A stretch of 64,000 bases of DNA from Mobula hypostoma (taxonomy: Eukaryota). This document shows, piece by piece, positions 1-11,777 of this stretch. Within the stretch, counting starts at the first letter, position 1. Every line of letters starts with the position of its first letter. The notes beneath the pieces are model-generated. The model saw only the letters and a list, made by a program, of their open reading frames with translations, had not been told where the DNA came from and ran no database searches. Both the position numbers and the translations under genes were made by a program. The DNA is taken from assembly GCF_963921235.1 (NCBI RefSeq), contig NC_086097.1, forward strand, positions 216,568,001-216,632,000, in the 5' to 3' direction.

Positions 1-392
1 ACCTGAGACTGTTTTCAGAAAAGAAGCCATTTATTATGTAAATAACAGGCTTGTAGAGGAATAACCTGTGATCTGGTCATCTGGGTCCAGTGGTTGGCTG
101 ACCTGGAGGATAGGTCTGGTCCTCGGGGAAGAGAATCTAAAGTGGAGAAAGGCCAGTTCTGATGCAAGTTCTGGCAAGTGTGGATTGGGACAGGATTGTT
201 TTCAGGCATAAGTGTGCTTGGTAAGTGGAAGGCCTTCAAAAGTGACACTTTGAGAGTACAGAGTTTGTATGTTACTGTCAGAATAAAAGGCAAGGATAAC
301 AAATATAGGAAACTTTGCTTTTAGAGAGATATTGAGGTCTTGGCTAAGAATAAGAAGGAGGTGCATAGCAGGTTCAGACAGGAAGGAACAAA

Positions 393-1779
393 TAGATGCA
401 CCGTAGAAATTTTTTCACCGTAAAAATCTATAATTTTTATAGATGCACCGTAGAAAACATTCTTCTAGGGTGCACCACAACCTGGTATGGAAGTTGTCCT
501 GTCCAAGACCGGAAGAAGCTGCAGAAGATTGTGAGCACAGCCCAGCACATCACACAAACCAATCTTCTGTCCTTGGACTCACTTTACACCGCACGCTGTC
601 AGAGCAGTGCTGCCAGGATAATCAAGGACACGACCCACCCAGCCAACACACTTTTTGCCCCTCTTTCCTCTGGGAGAAGGCTCAGGAGCTTGAAGACTTG
701 TACAGCCAGATTTGGGAACAGCTTCTTTCCAACTGTGATAAGACTGCTGAACGGATCCTGACCCAGATCTGGGCCATACCATCCAAATATCCAGACCTGC
801 CTCTCGGTGTTTTTGCACTACCTTACTTTCCCTTTTCTATTTATGATTTATAATTTAAATTTTTACTATTTACTATTGATTTGTACTCCAGGGAGTGTGA
901 AGTGCAGAATCAAATATTGCTATGATGATCATACATAGAAACATAGAAACATAGAAAATAGGTGCAGGAGTAGGCCATTCGGCCCTTCGAGCCTGCACCG
1001 CCATTTATTATGATCATGGCTGATCATCCAACTCAGAACCCAGCCTTCCCTCCATACCCCGTGACCCCTGTAGCCACAAGGGCCATATCTAACTTCCTTT
1101 TAAACATAGCTAATGAACTGGCCTCAACAGTTTGCTGTGGCAGAGAATTCCACAGATTCACCACTCTCTGTGTGAAGAAGTTTTTCCTAACCTCGGTCCT
1201 AAAAGGCTTCCCCTCTATCCTCAAACTGTGACCCCTCGTTCTAGACCTCCCCAACATCGGGAACAATCTTCCCGCATCTAGCCTGTCCAATCCCTTTAGG
1301 ATCTTATACGTTTCAATCAGATCCCCCCTCAATCTTCTAAATTCCAACGAGTACAAGCCCAGTTCATCCAGTCTTTCTTCATATGAAAGACCTGCCATCC
1401 CAGGAATCAATCTGGTGAACCTTCTTTGTACTCCCTCTATGGCAAGGATGTCTTTCCTCAGATTAGGGGACCAAAACTGCACACAATACTCCAGGTGTGG
1501 TCTCACCAAGGCCTTGTACAACTGCAGTAGTACCTCCCTGCTCCTGTACTCGAATCCTCTCGCTATAAATGCCAGCATACCGTTCGCCTTTTTCACCGCC
1601 TGCTGTACCTGCATGCCCACTTTCAATGACTGGTGTATAATGACACCCAGGTCTCGTTGCACCTCCCCTTTTCCTAATCGGCCACCATTCAGATAATAAT
1701 CTGTTTTCCTATTTTTGCCACCAAAGTGGATAACTTTACACTCTAGCATCAATTGTTTGGTGACAATAAAGTACAGTAA
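393..1779 (+). mobile_element. Rex1/Babar-type LINE 3' fragment (393-932 and 1741-1779)
   Basis: ORF 396..761 has the FYRCTVENIL..WYG..IIKDxTHP..SGRR..SFFP C-terminal RT region. The 3' UTR resumes after the CR1 insertion and ends at aataaagta. Confidence 0.75.
933..1740 (-). mobile_element. Young CR1 LINE, 5'-truncated copy 1
   Basis: Open RT C-terminus (ORF 1033..1887 in part), (CATAGAAA)n tail, nearly identical to 6658-8187 and 47939-51308. Confidence 0.93.
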
Positions 1780-2097
1780 ATGAGGTACTTGAGAAGTATA
1801 AGAAATGTAAGAGAATACTCTGAGTCCAGGAGGGCTAAAAAAAAGATATGCGGCTTTTCTAGCAGACAAGGTGTTGGAGAACCTCAAAGGTTTCTACTGA
1901 TGTATTAAGACAAAAGGATAACAAGGGAGAAAATTTGTCCTTGAAGATCAGAGTGGTCATTGATATGTAGAGCTGAAAGAGGTGAAAGAGATCTTAAATG
2001 GCTTTTTCACATCTGTATTTACCTGGGAGTTGGACTCAGAGTCTGTAGAAGTGAGGCAAAGCAACTGTGAGTCGTGGTTCCTATACAGATTATTAGG

Positions 2098-3220
2098 TGT
2101 TATGTTTGTAACTCCAAAACATAAAATCTGAGTGAAATAAGAATAAGGGAATCTGGAAAACACATCTAACTTCGTGTTTACCTTAAGCGAGGCACACACT
2201 TCTCGCGTGGCAGTGTCATGATGTATGCAGTTCACTTATTTTCACATATAACCCGCAATGAATTATTTAAATGAATGAGAATGCTTAACCAAACAATATA
2301 TTTACAATATTACTCAAAGATGACTTAAGTATTAAATACACAACACTCCTGTCTGCTTGGCTATAAACTCCAACTCAATATAGAATGCTTCTCAACTATA
2401 GATACAGTATGTTATATGATACATATAGCACTCTGACATCCACAGCATAGTAAGTATTTAAGTTGACCCATTCAGGCCTAAAGATAGAAGTGCTGTTCAG
2501 GCTTTCCTTCCTCTTGTGGGATGACGTCTTTCCTGACAAGGGGTTTCACTCTGGTTGGCAGGTGAGACTTGTGTTCTGGATCCTCCTCCATGGTGGTTGT
2601 AAGAGTTGATTCTATGACTGCAGGAAGGGGTTCTGACAGCTCTGGCCACCTTTCTTCTCCAACAATTGACTCTGCTCTCCTCAACTGATTGAGTCATTTC
2701 CAGATGACATCAAACACAGTCTCCACTGTGTAGGAGAGTGGTCTAGTTCTGTCTTTAATTTTTCCAGGTACCCACTTTTAATCACTTCTGTAGTCCCTCA
2801 CAAGGACTGCTTGTCCATGAGTGAAACATTGAAACTCCTTGTTTAAGAAGCCTTCAATTTGTCTCAACTGTTTGTCCTGCACACTCCTCCTGAATTGGAC
2901 TTCAGGAGATCCAAACCTGAGCACAAGGGACGATATGCAAGGAGGAAATTGGCAAGCTTCTGGTTCAGTGTTAGTGTAGTGGGTATTTGCTGACATTGTT
3001 CACAGTGTGTCCTTTAGACTCGGGACAAAGCTTTCCACCAAGCCATTCGTAGCTGGGTGGCATGATGCAGATGTAATATATCTTACTCCATTCACTTTCA
3101 GGAACAACTGAAACAGTTCTGCCACATACTGTGGTCCATTGTCACTGTTCTGGAACACTAGTCCTTGCAGTGAGGCTTCTCAACACACCAACAGTGCGAG
3201 AGGCTGTATTGGGAACACTT
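2098..3220 (-). mobile_element. Gypsy-type LTR retrotransposon remnant: 3' LTR (2098-2345) plus integrase fragment
   Basis: LTR TGTTATGT...ACACAACA, purine-rich tract adjacent on the minus strand, decayed integrase motifs (SDNGPQ, NGLVESFV) and a VLVRDY C-terminal segment. Confidence 0.7.
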
Positions 3221-3389
3221 CTAATTTGGCAGGAGCACAGGAACCGGAGTGATAGTGCTGGTAGTTGGTTTACAAACAGAGATAACATGTAGTGAGACTC
3301 CCAGCAAAGAGAGGGTTATGATAGGCAAAATTGTACTCAACCAGATGAGTTGCAGCATAAAAGGAGGACAAAATCGAAAAGGGTGAATA

Positions 3390-3915
3390 CAGGTAGGAGC
3401 TACGAGTGCCTCAGGGCTCGCACCACCAGGTTCAAGACAGTTACTACCTCTCAACCATCAGACTCTTGAGCAAAAGAGGATAACTACACTCATTCTATTA
3501 ATGGTGTTCCCACCACCAATGGTCTCACTTGAAGGACTCTTTATCTTGTTATTTCATGCTCGTTATTTATTGATATATATTTATATATGCATTTGCAGTT
3601 TGTTGTTCATTGGTCCTGTCTACAGTTACCATTCTATACATTTGCTACATATTCCTGCAGAAAAAGCTCAGGGTTGTATGTGGTGACATAATAAATTTTA
3701 CTTTAAACTTTTGAATTGAGCCAAATCCACTACCTTTTGTAGGATTTTCCACTCAAAGTCATTGTTTTTCCCATACCAGGTCATAATGCAGCCAGTCAGC
3801 ACACTTTCCACCACACATCTGTAGAAGTTTTCCAAGGTCTTTGATGACATACTGAATCTCTGCAGACTCCTGAGGAAGTAGAGGTGCTGTCATATTTTCT
3901 TCGCAATTATATTTA
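3390..3915. mobile_element. Two Rex1-type LINE fragments in opposite orientation (~3390-3712 +, ~3715-3915 -)
   Basis: Similar to the 3' parts of the Rex1 copies at 22350-23010 and 59750-60230 (caccaccaggttca..ttactacc..tcaaccatcagactcttga). Confidence 0.55.
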
Positions 3916-3924
3916 TATGATCGG

Positions 3925-5221
3925 TCCAGGACAGGTCCCCTATCAGTCCTTCCAGGTGAGGCAACACTTCACCTGTGAGTCGGCTAGGGTGATATACTGC
4001 GTCTGGTGCTCCCGATGCAGCCTTCTATATATTGATGAGACCCAACACAGGCTGGGAGACCATTTCGCTGAATACCTACGCTCTGTCCTCCAGAGAAAGC
4101 AGGATCTCCCAGTGGCCACACATTTTAATTCCACAAAAAACTGTGGGTCAATTGTTAAAGAAAAATAACCAGATGGCTTGAATCGCAAAAATAAATTGAG
4201 GTACTTTTACTTACCTCAAAACAAGACAAAAACTGGGAAAAAAAACAATATATATATATATAGAGAGATAGAGATAGAGATAGAGATAGAGATAGAGATA
4301 GAGATAGAGATAGAGATAGAGATAGAGATAGAGATAGAGATAGAGATAGAGATAGAGATAGAGATAGAGATAGAGATAGATAATGTCAGACTAAACACCA
4401 AAGAAAACTAACCCCAAAGCCTTGGTAACCTGAGGTTTATAACTGCTAAGCCCCTCCCGCAAACCAACCAAAAGCTAATTAACTCAGTTATCCAATTAAA
4501 GATTGTATCCTCCACCATCAGCACACCTGTGCAGGTTGCCGCTGCCACTATATGAGACAACTCTATGCAGCAGCTCTGTTTCAGACCCAATGACTATTAC
4601 TGCTGGGGATGAGTGTTTTACCGAGTGCGCCATGTGCTATCCCTAGTTAGTGATGGGCCTTCCTCACACACGTCCCATTCCCATTCTGATATCTCAATCC
4701 ACAGCCTCCTCTACTGTCAAGATGAAGCCACACTCAGGTTGAAGGAACAACACCTTATATTCTGTCTGGGTAGCCTCCAACCTGATGGCATGAACAGTGA
4801 CTTCTCTAACTTCCGCTAATGCCCCACCTCCCCTTCATACCCTATCTGTTATTTATTTATGTATATATTATTATTATTAATTTTTTTCTCTCTCTCTCTC
4901 GTTTCTCTCCCTCTGTCCCTCTCACTATAACTCCTTGACCATCTTCTGGGCTTCCCCCCTCCCCCTTTCTTTCTCGCTAGGCCTCCCGTCCCATGATCCT
5001 CTCCCTTCTCCAGCCTCATATCCCTTTTGCCAATCAACTTTCCAGCTCTTAGCTCCATCCCTCCCCCTCCTGCCTTCTCCTATCATTTCAGATCTCCCCC
5101 TTCCCCCTCCCACTTTCAAATCTCTTACTATCTCTTTTTTCAGTTAGTCTTGATGAAGGGTCTCAGCCTGAAACGTTGACTGTACCTCTTCCTAGAGATG
5201 CTGCCTGGCCTGCTGCGTTCC
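3925..5221 (+). mobile_element. Penelope-like element 3' part (GIY-YIG endonuclease plus pseudo-LTR), interrupted at ~4135-4667
   Basis: FTCESxxVIYCVWCSRCSLLYIxET...PVATHFNS | SHSHSDISIH...EQHLIFxLGSLQPDGMN. Homologous to 41791-43308. Confidence 0.85.
4260..4381 (+). repeat. (GAGATA)n microsatellite
   Basis: About 20 perfect hexamer units. Confidence 0.97.
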
Positions 5222-5865
5222 AATGAGATTACATGGTAGATGCTGAGCTTGAATAAGAAGTCATGTCTGGTTATCGAACTTGATGGAGTAGAAAATATTG
5301 AGCTCTACTGACTATTGTATTTGCTCCTAGGATTTGTGTATTCAAGTAAAAATCCTTTCTTCTTACCAGTGGAGCTTGGGCACTTTTAAGAGCATGGGAA
5401 ATACTTTAAATCAAAATGCAGCAGATATTGACTATTTAGGCAACATTTGTGAGAGTACAAATTAATATGCAAGATCAATCAAGGAAAATGTATCAAAATC
5501 TTTTCTCTACAAATTACTACCTGGCTGGAAACACAAGAAGAATTTATTTGTCATCTATGCTAGGAAAGTACTATATCCTTTTCTACTACCATGTTGGCTG
5601 GAATGCATCTTAATGAAGATCTTGACACCCTTGGCAAGAAGGAAAGTAGCACCAGAGGTGTAGTGAGTAGAGCACTGTTTCCTCACAGTTATTTTTTTTT
5701 TAAATAAGCTGAAAATTTTTCATCTGGTTGTACATGACCTGCAAATAGCCTTCTGAAATTTTGAAAACATCTTCTAAAATCTTATCTTATAAAAGGCTGT
5801 TGCACCCTGCTACATTGCTTAAGCTTTCTGTCCCAACTTCCAATCCACTGTGCAGAGATTGTATT

Positions 5866-8533
5866 GGCATTTGACAAGGTTTCACACTGTAGGCTTATTC
5901 AGAAAGTCAGAAGGCATGGGATCCAGGGAAGTTTGGCCAGGTGGATTCAGAATTGGCTTGCCTGCAGAAGGCAGAGGGTCATGGTGGAGGGAGTACATTC
6001 GGAATGGAGGGTTGTGACTAGTGGTGTCCCACAAGGATCTGTTCTGGGACCTCTACTTTTCGTGATTTTTATCAACGACCTGGATGTGGGGGTAGAAAGG
6101 TGGGTTGGCAAGTTTGCAGATGACACAAAGGTTGGTGCTGTTGTAGATAGTGTAGAGGATTGTCAAAGATTGCAGAGAGACATTGATAGGATGCAGAAGT
6201 GGGCTGAGAAGTGGCAGATGGAGTTCAACCTGGAGAAGTGTGAGGTGGTACACTTTGGAAGGACAAACTCCAAGGCAGAGTACAAAGTAAATGGCAGGAT
6301 ACTTGGTAGCGTGGAGGAGCAGAGGGATCTGGGGGTACATGTCCACAAATCCCTGAAAGTTGCCTCACAGGTAGATAGGGTAGTTAAGAAAGCTTATGGG
6401 GTGTTAGCTTTCATAAGTCGAGGGATAGAGTTTAAGAGTTGCGATGTAATGATGCAGCTCTATAAAACTCTGGTTAGGCGACACTTGGAGTACTGTGTCC
6501 AGTTCTGGTTGCCTCACTATAGGAAGGATGTGGAAGCACTGGAAAGGGTACAGAGGAGATTTACCAGGATGCTGCCTGGTTTAGAGAGTATGGATTATGA
6601 TCAGAGATTAAGGGAGTTAGGGCTTTACTCTTTGGAGAGAAGCAGGATGACAGGAGACATAGAAACATAGAAACATAGAAAATAGGTGCAGGAGTAGGCC
6701 ATTCGGCCCTTCGAGCCTGCACCGCCATTTATTATGATCATGGCTGATCATCCAACTCAGAACCCAGCCTTCCCTCCATACCCCCTGACCCCTGTAGCCA
6801 CAAGGGCCATATCTAACTTCCTTTTAAACATAGCTAATGAACTGGCCTCAACAGTTTGCTGTGGCAGAGAATTCCACAGATTCACCACTCTCTGTGTGAA
6901 GAAGTTTTTCCTAACCTCGGTCCTAAAAGGCTTCCCCTCTATCCTCAAACTGTGACCCCTCGTTCTAGACCTCCCCAACATCGGGAACAATCTTCCTGCA
7001 TCTAGCCTGTCCAATCCCTTTAGGATCTTATACGTTTCAATCAGATCCCCCCTCAATCTTCTAAATTCCAATGAGTACAAGCCCAGTTCATCCAGTCTTT
7101 CTTCATATGAAAGACCTGCCATCCCAGGAATCAATCTGGTGAACCTTCTTTGTACTCCCTCTATGGCAAAGATGTCTTTCCTCAGATTAGGGGACCAAAA
7201 CTGCACACAATACTCCAGGTGTGGTCTCACCAAGGCCTTGTACAACTGCAGTAGTACCTCCCTGCTCCTGTACTCGAATCCTCTCGCTATAAATGCCAGC
7301 ATACCGTTCGCCTTTTTCACCGCCTGCTGTACCTGCATGCCCACTTTCAATGACTGGTGTATAATGACACCCAGGTCTCGTTGCACCTCCCCTTTTCCTA
7401 ATCGGCCACCATTCAGATAATAATCTGTTTTCCTATTTTTGCCACCAAAGTGGATAACTTCACATTTATCCACATTAAATTGCATCTGCCATGAGTTTGC
7501 CCACTCACCCAACCTATCCAAGTCACCCTGCATCCTCTTAGCATCCTCCTCACTGCTAACACTGCCACCCAGCTTCGTGTCATCCGCAAACTTGGAGATG
7601 CTGCATTTAATTCCCTCTTCCAAGTCATTAATATATATTGTAAACAACTGGGGTCCCAGCACTGAGCCTTGCGGTACCCCACTAGTCACCGCCTGCCATT
7701 CTGAAAAGGTCCCGTTTATTCCCACTCTTTGCTTCCTGTCTGCTAACCAATTCTCCACCCACACCAATACCTTACCCCCAATACCGTGTGCTTTAAGTTT
7801 GCACACTAATCTCCTATGTGGGACCTTGTCAAAAGCCTTTTGAAAATCCAAATATACCACATCCACTGGTTCTCCCCTATCCACTCTACTAGTTACATCC
7901 TCAAAAAATTCTATGAGATTCGTCAGACATGATTTTCCTTTCACAAATCCATGCTGACTTTGTCCGATCATTTCACCGCTTTCCAAATGTGCTGTTATCA
8001 CATCCTTGATAACTGACTCCAGCAGTTTCCCCACCACCGACGTTAGGCTAACCGGCCTATAATTCCCCGGTTTCTCTCTCCCTCCTTTTTTAAAAAGTGG
8101 GGTTACATTAGCCACCCTCCAATCCTCAGGAACTAGTCCAGAATCTAACGAGTTTTGAAAAATTATCACTAATGCATCCACTATTTCATGATAGAGGTGT
8201 ACAAGATATTAAAAGGAATAGATAGAGTGGACAGCTAGCGCCTCTTCCCCAGGGCACCACTGCTCAATACAAGAGGACATGGCTTTCAGGTAATGGGTGG
8301 GAAGATCAAGGGGGATATTAGAGGAAGGTTTTTTACTCAGAGAGTGGTTGGTGCGTGGAATGCATTGCCTGAGTCAGTGGTGGAGGCAGATACACTAGTG
8401 AAATTTAAGAAGCTACTAGACAGGTATATGGAGGAATTTAAAGGTGGGGGGTTATATGGGAGGCAGGGTTTGAGGGTTGGTACAACATTGTAGGCTGAAG
8501 GGCCTGTACTGTGCTGTACTATTCTATGTTCTA
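5866..8533 (+). mobile_element. CR1 LINE 3' part (5866-6660 and 8187-8533), split by a young antisense CR1
   Basis: RT ORF 5864..6670 (SGVPQGSVLGP, FADD). Resumes at atagaggtgtac after a CAT duplication and ends in a (ttctatg) tail. Confidence 0.9.
6658..8187 (-). mobile_element. Young CR1 LINE, 5'-truncated copy 2 with open RT domain
   Basis: ORF 6757..8181 (474 aa, uninterrupted), (CATAGAAA)n tail, CAT at both junctions. Confidence 0.95.
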
Positions 8534-8789
8534 AAACATCATTGAACTGAGATTTGTTTTTCAATGACAGGTTACGTAATTTGCATCTCTAATATAGAGC
8601 AACTTTGACTAAATCTTATAAAAGGCTGTTGCACCCTGCTACATTGTTTAAGCTTTCTGTCCCAACTTCCAATCCACTGTGCAGAGATTGAATTGGCATT
8701 GTCTCAGTTACTACACTTTTAATGTGGCTGGATACTTGTTTTGCCAACAGCAATTATCTGAAGACCTTTGTTCAGTGATTTATAATAGA

Positions 8790-8970
8790 GGCAGGAGACT
8801 GCAGATACTGGAGTCTGGAGCATTAAACAATCTGCTGAAGGAATTCAGTACCTCTATAGAGTGGATGAAACAGCTAACATTTCAGGTCAAAACCCTGCAT
8901 CAGTCTATTTTTCAATTCCTCCCACTCCCACAAATTCTGCTTGACCTGCTGTGTTCCTCCAGCAAACTGC
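8790..8970. mobile_element. Decayed Penelope pseudo-LTR remnant (two inverted halves)
   Basis: ctgcagatactgga...ctgctgaaggaattcag and gacctgctgtgttcctccagca motifs, shared with the other pLTR copies. Confidence 0.5.
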
Positions 8971-9264
8971 AGATTTACCACAAATTTGCCTGGCTTAGAG
9001 AGCATATTTTATGGGGATATGTTGCAGCATAGAAGGATGAGAGATGATTTGATAGAGGTGTATTATCTTGGTCTTGGAGAAGCTTAAAAGGTCAGCATAA
9101 CAACATGGGCCAAAGGACCTGTACTGTGTTCAATCAAATCGTTTTATAAAGTGAAAGTTTGACAATTCTATGTCAAGCAATTTTGCATCAATGCAGGTGA
9201 TGAATTTCCAAGAATTAAAACTTTAAATTAAACAGGCAAATAGTTGAAAAGGTATGTCAACTTT

Positions 9265-10807
9265 TTTATTCAAAATTTTAAACAGCAACAGGCATATCAA
9301 AATATGAATATGGCAACTCTGCCAACAACCTGGTAATGTTCCTAAGCTTAACATTGAAGCCTTCATCTCTAATGATGGCTGTTGCAACAAATTATAAACA
9401 GAATTAATTTTTTTTTTTTTAAAAACAGTCCTAGAATACAAATTAACTAAAAAGAGAAAAGCACCAATTTGTTTCACTGAAAAATGCAAACTTAAGATAT
9501 AGTTGTGCTTACTGTACATAATCAACTATTTAAAACATTGTAAAATACAAAATGGAATGTTTGAAATTTAAAAGAACATTTGTATTCTTATCCTACAAAG
9601 GGTTCAATTTTTCCACATCAGACGAGGCCTATAGGGGAGTAACAATTCACTCGCAAAAGGTCGAGGAACAATGCACTTTAAAAAAAACAGATTTGGTCAC
9701 TTAGCTTTGTGCATAGTTTTAAGGCATTTTAGCAATATTTCTTCAATCTGGCTGTTTAATTCATGCATATTTTCACATTATGAAGAAAACAGAATGGTGA
9801 ATGTAGCAGTATGTTCTGCTATACAGATTCCAAATGCTTCAGACAGACAAATATCCTGATCTGATCTTTACAACAAACTATCACTAAGTGCAGTTCATAC
9901 GTTGATTTCACCCACTAATCTGTTTTTATGTTGTTTCTTCGACACTCCCCTAAGAAGGTAAAGGCCAGCAGCACTTTGTTGCTATACACGCTGAAGCTTA
10001 GCTGTGATCAGAGATGAAGGCTGGATTCACAGTGCACTAAAGGAACACCATGGCAGTAGAGGTTTCCATGGAAACTTAAATGGCATCACAAAAGATTAAA
10101 AACAAACTGCAGCATATTTTGTTCTATATTCTTACCAACTAACATTTCCCAAATTAGTGGTTCCTTTTTCACTATGCTTCAAGGCAAGAACCAGAACCAA
10201 AGTATCAAAAATACAGCATTGTAAACAAATCTCTGAGGCAGAAAAAGGACTGGCTTCATTGCATGCATTCAGTCACTCCAAAATGGTGAGAAGAGTACAA
10301 AAGCTCTTCTTGTACCAACATAAGAATATTTAAGTTCATATTTTAGCCTTAAAAAAACCACAGAAAACCCCGAGTGCAGAAATTGCAAGTATCAATCTGT
10401 ATAACAGTATTCAAACTAACCATTAATAAATGGCACTTCCTGGAACACTGCCACCCTTTTTTCCCATTCTCTTCAGTGTGGCCACCATTGCAGTTTATGT
10501 GCTCAATGTCTCACAAAAGCCAACTGAGGTATTTGTGTATTGCTTTATATTCAGGCTTTGCAAGGAGCAAAAAAGCAATATGATGCTTTGAAGAAAGCAT
10601 TGAATTACGTTTATGTTGACATGGCTACACATACAACCGTGGCAATGAAAGCCTACAAATATATTTCAATTCCTCACCTAAAAGCATCATCTCATTTGCC
10701 TTCAGCCTAATAGGCTGAAAATTCATTGTCCAGCACCCACCGAATGAGTGGAGTGAGAGAAATAGAAGAATTCTCGGCTTTCCTGAGGTATGTCAGTTCA
10801 TTTCCTC
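9265..10807 (-). other. Putative PDE7A 3' UTR with candidate AATAAA poly(A) signal at 9270-9265
   Basis: AT-rich, repeat-free ~1.5 kb downstream of the stop. TTTATT on + at 9265-9270. The true transcript end is not established. Confidence 0.55.
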
Positions 10808-10965
10808 TCAAATAGAATCCTCTCTACTCTGGGTCTGTTCCTGTAATAATCTTTTCCAGCTGGCATTATTCAAACTAAGATGTCCAAGCATGGTCTGTGA
10901 CAGTGTGCTGTTGATGAATCGAGACCACTCCACAAAAAGAGGCTTCACAACGTAAGTTATAAAAC
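10808..10965 (-). CDS. PDE7A: PDE7A-like last coding exon: (G)FITYVVKPLFVEWSRFINSTLSQTMLGHLSLNNASWKRLLQEQTQSREDSI*
   Basis: Acceptor ccag, phase 1, TGA at 10810-10808. Resembles the PDE7A C-terminal helices. PDE7A is preferred over PDE7B from the [26 protein letters not shown] and SQTMLGH motifs (recalled human sequences). Confidence 0.92.
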
Positions 10966-11421
10966 CTGGTGTGCAAAACAAAATGTTTGTTAAGTTTAAT
11001 CTATACTCAATTACATTTGTTATCAATATTAATTATGAAAGCTTAAGTAAATGAGTATATTCATTTTAGTTGAAACACTGCTCGAAGGAACAAGGAAGTT
11101 TAATTTTTTTCATTGGTCACAGGCAAGTGTGCTAAGTCACACATCATCAATTCAAGTAGATTAAAAACAAACCAATCACTGCTTTTTTTTAAAGATATAT
11201 ACCTATGTAATAGCTCTTCAACATAAAAATCAAACAATTTCTTAAAAATGAATTTTACTTTGAGACTATACACATGAAACTAACTATAATATGCTCTGTT
11301 ACACACTAATTGATTCTCAGAATAATTGGTCACTTCCATCCTGTGAATTAACAAGAACTGTGATAAACCAGTCATCACAATATTCAATTGTCTTGAAATA
11401 TGGGAGAAGAGAAAAACAAAG

Positions 11422-11777
11422 CTGCCCCACCTCCCCCTCGTACTCCATCCGTTATTGCCCATCCTCTGGGACCCCCCCCGCTTCCTTCTCCCTAGGCCTC
11501 CTGTCCCATGATCCTCTCACATCCCTTTTGCCAATCAACTGTCCAGCTCTTGGCTCCATCCCTCCCCCTCCTGTCTTCTCCTATCATTTCAGATCTCCCC
11601 CTCCCCCTTTCAAATCTCTTACTAGCTCTTCTTTCAATTAGTCTTGACGAAGGGTCTCGGCACGAAACTTCGACTGTACCTCTTCCTATAGATGCTGCCC
11701 GGCCTGCTGCGTTCCACCAGCAACTTTTGTGTGTGTTGCTTGAAATTCCAGCATCTGCAGATTTCCTCGTGTTTGCG
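11422..11777 (+). mobile_element. Penelope pseudo-LTR / 3' fragment in the last PDE7A intron
   Basis: Homologous to 4820-5221. Contains a hammerhead-like motif at 11640-11675. Confidence 0.8.

Larger units (their letters stand above)
1..2095 (+). mobile_element. Old CR1 LINE ORF2 fragment (1-392 and ~1780-2095), split by Rex1 and young CR1 insertions
   Basis: Both pieces are colinear with the CR1 at ~15700-16290 (ggattgggacag..., gcatagcag..aggaacaaat | aggtactt...). Confidence 0.7.

Noticed and set aside
1415..1696. Recurrent antisense ORFs on CR1 copies (also 7139, 7439, 48420, 48720, 50196)
   Set aside because: These are shadow ORFs of the RT coding strand, repeated only because the CR1 copies are near-identical.
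4178..4411. ORFs with (IE)n/(IS)n, and similar low-complexity ORFs at 17703-18046 and 40666-41005
   Set aside because: They are translations of microsatellites.
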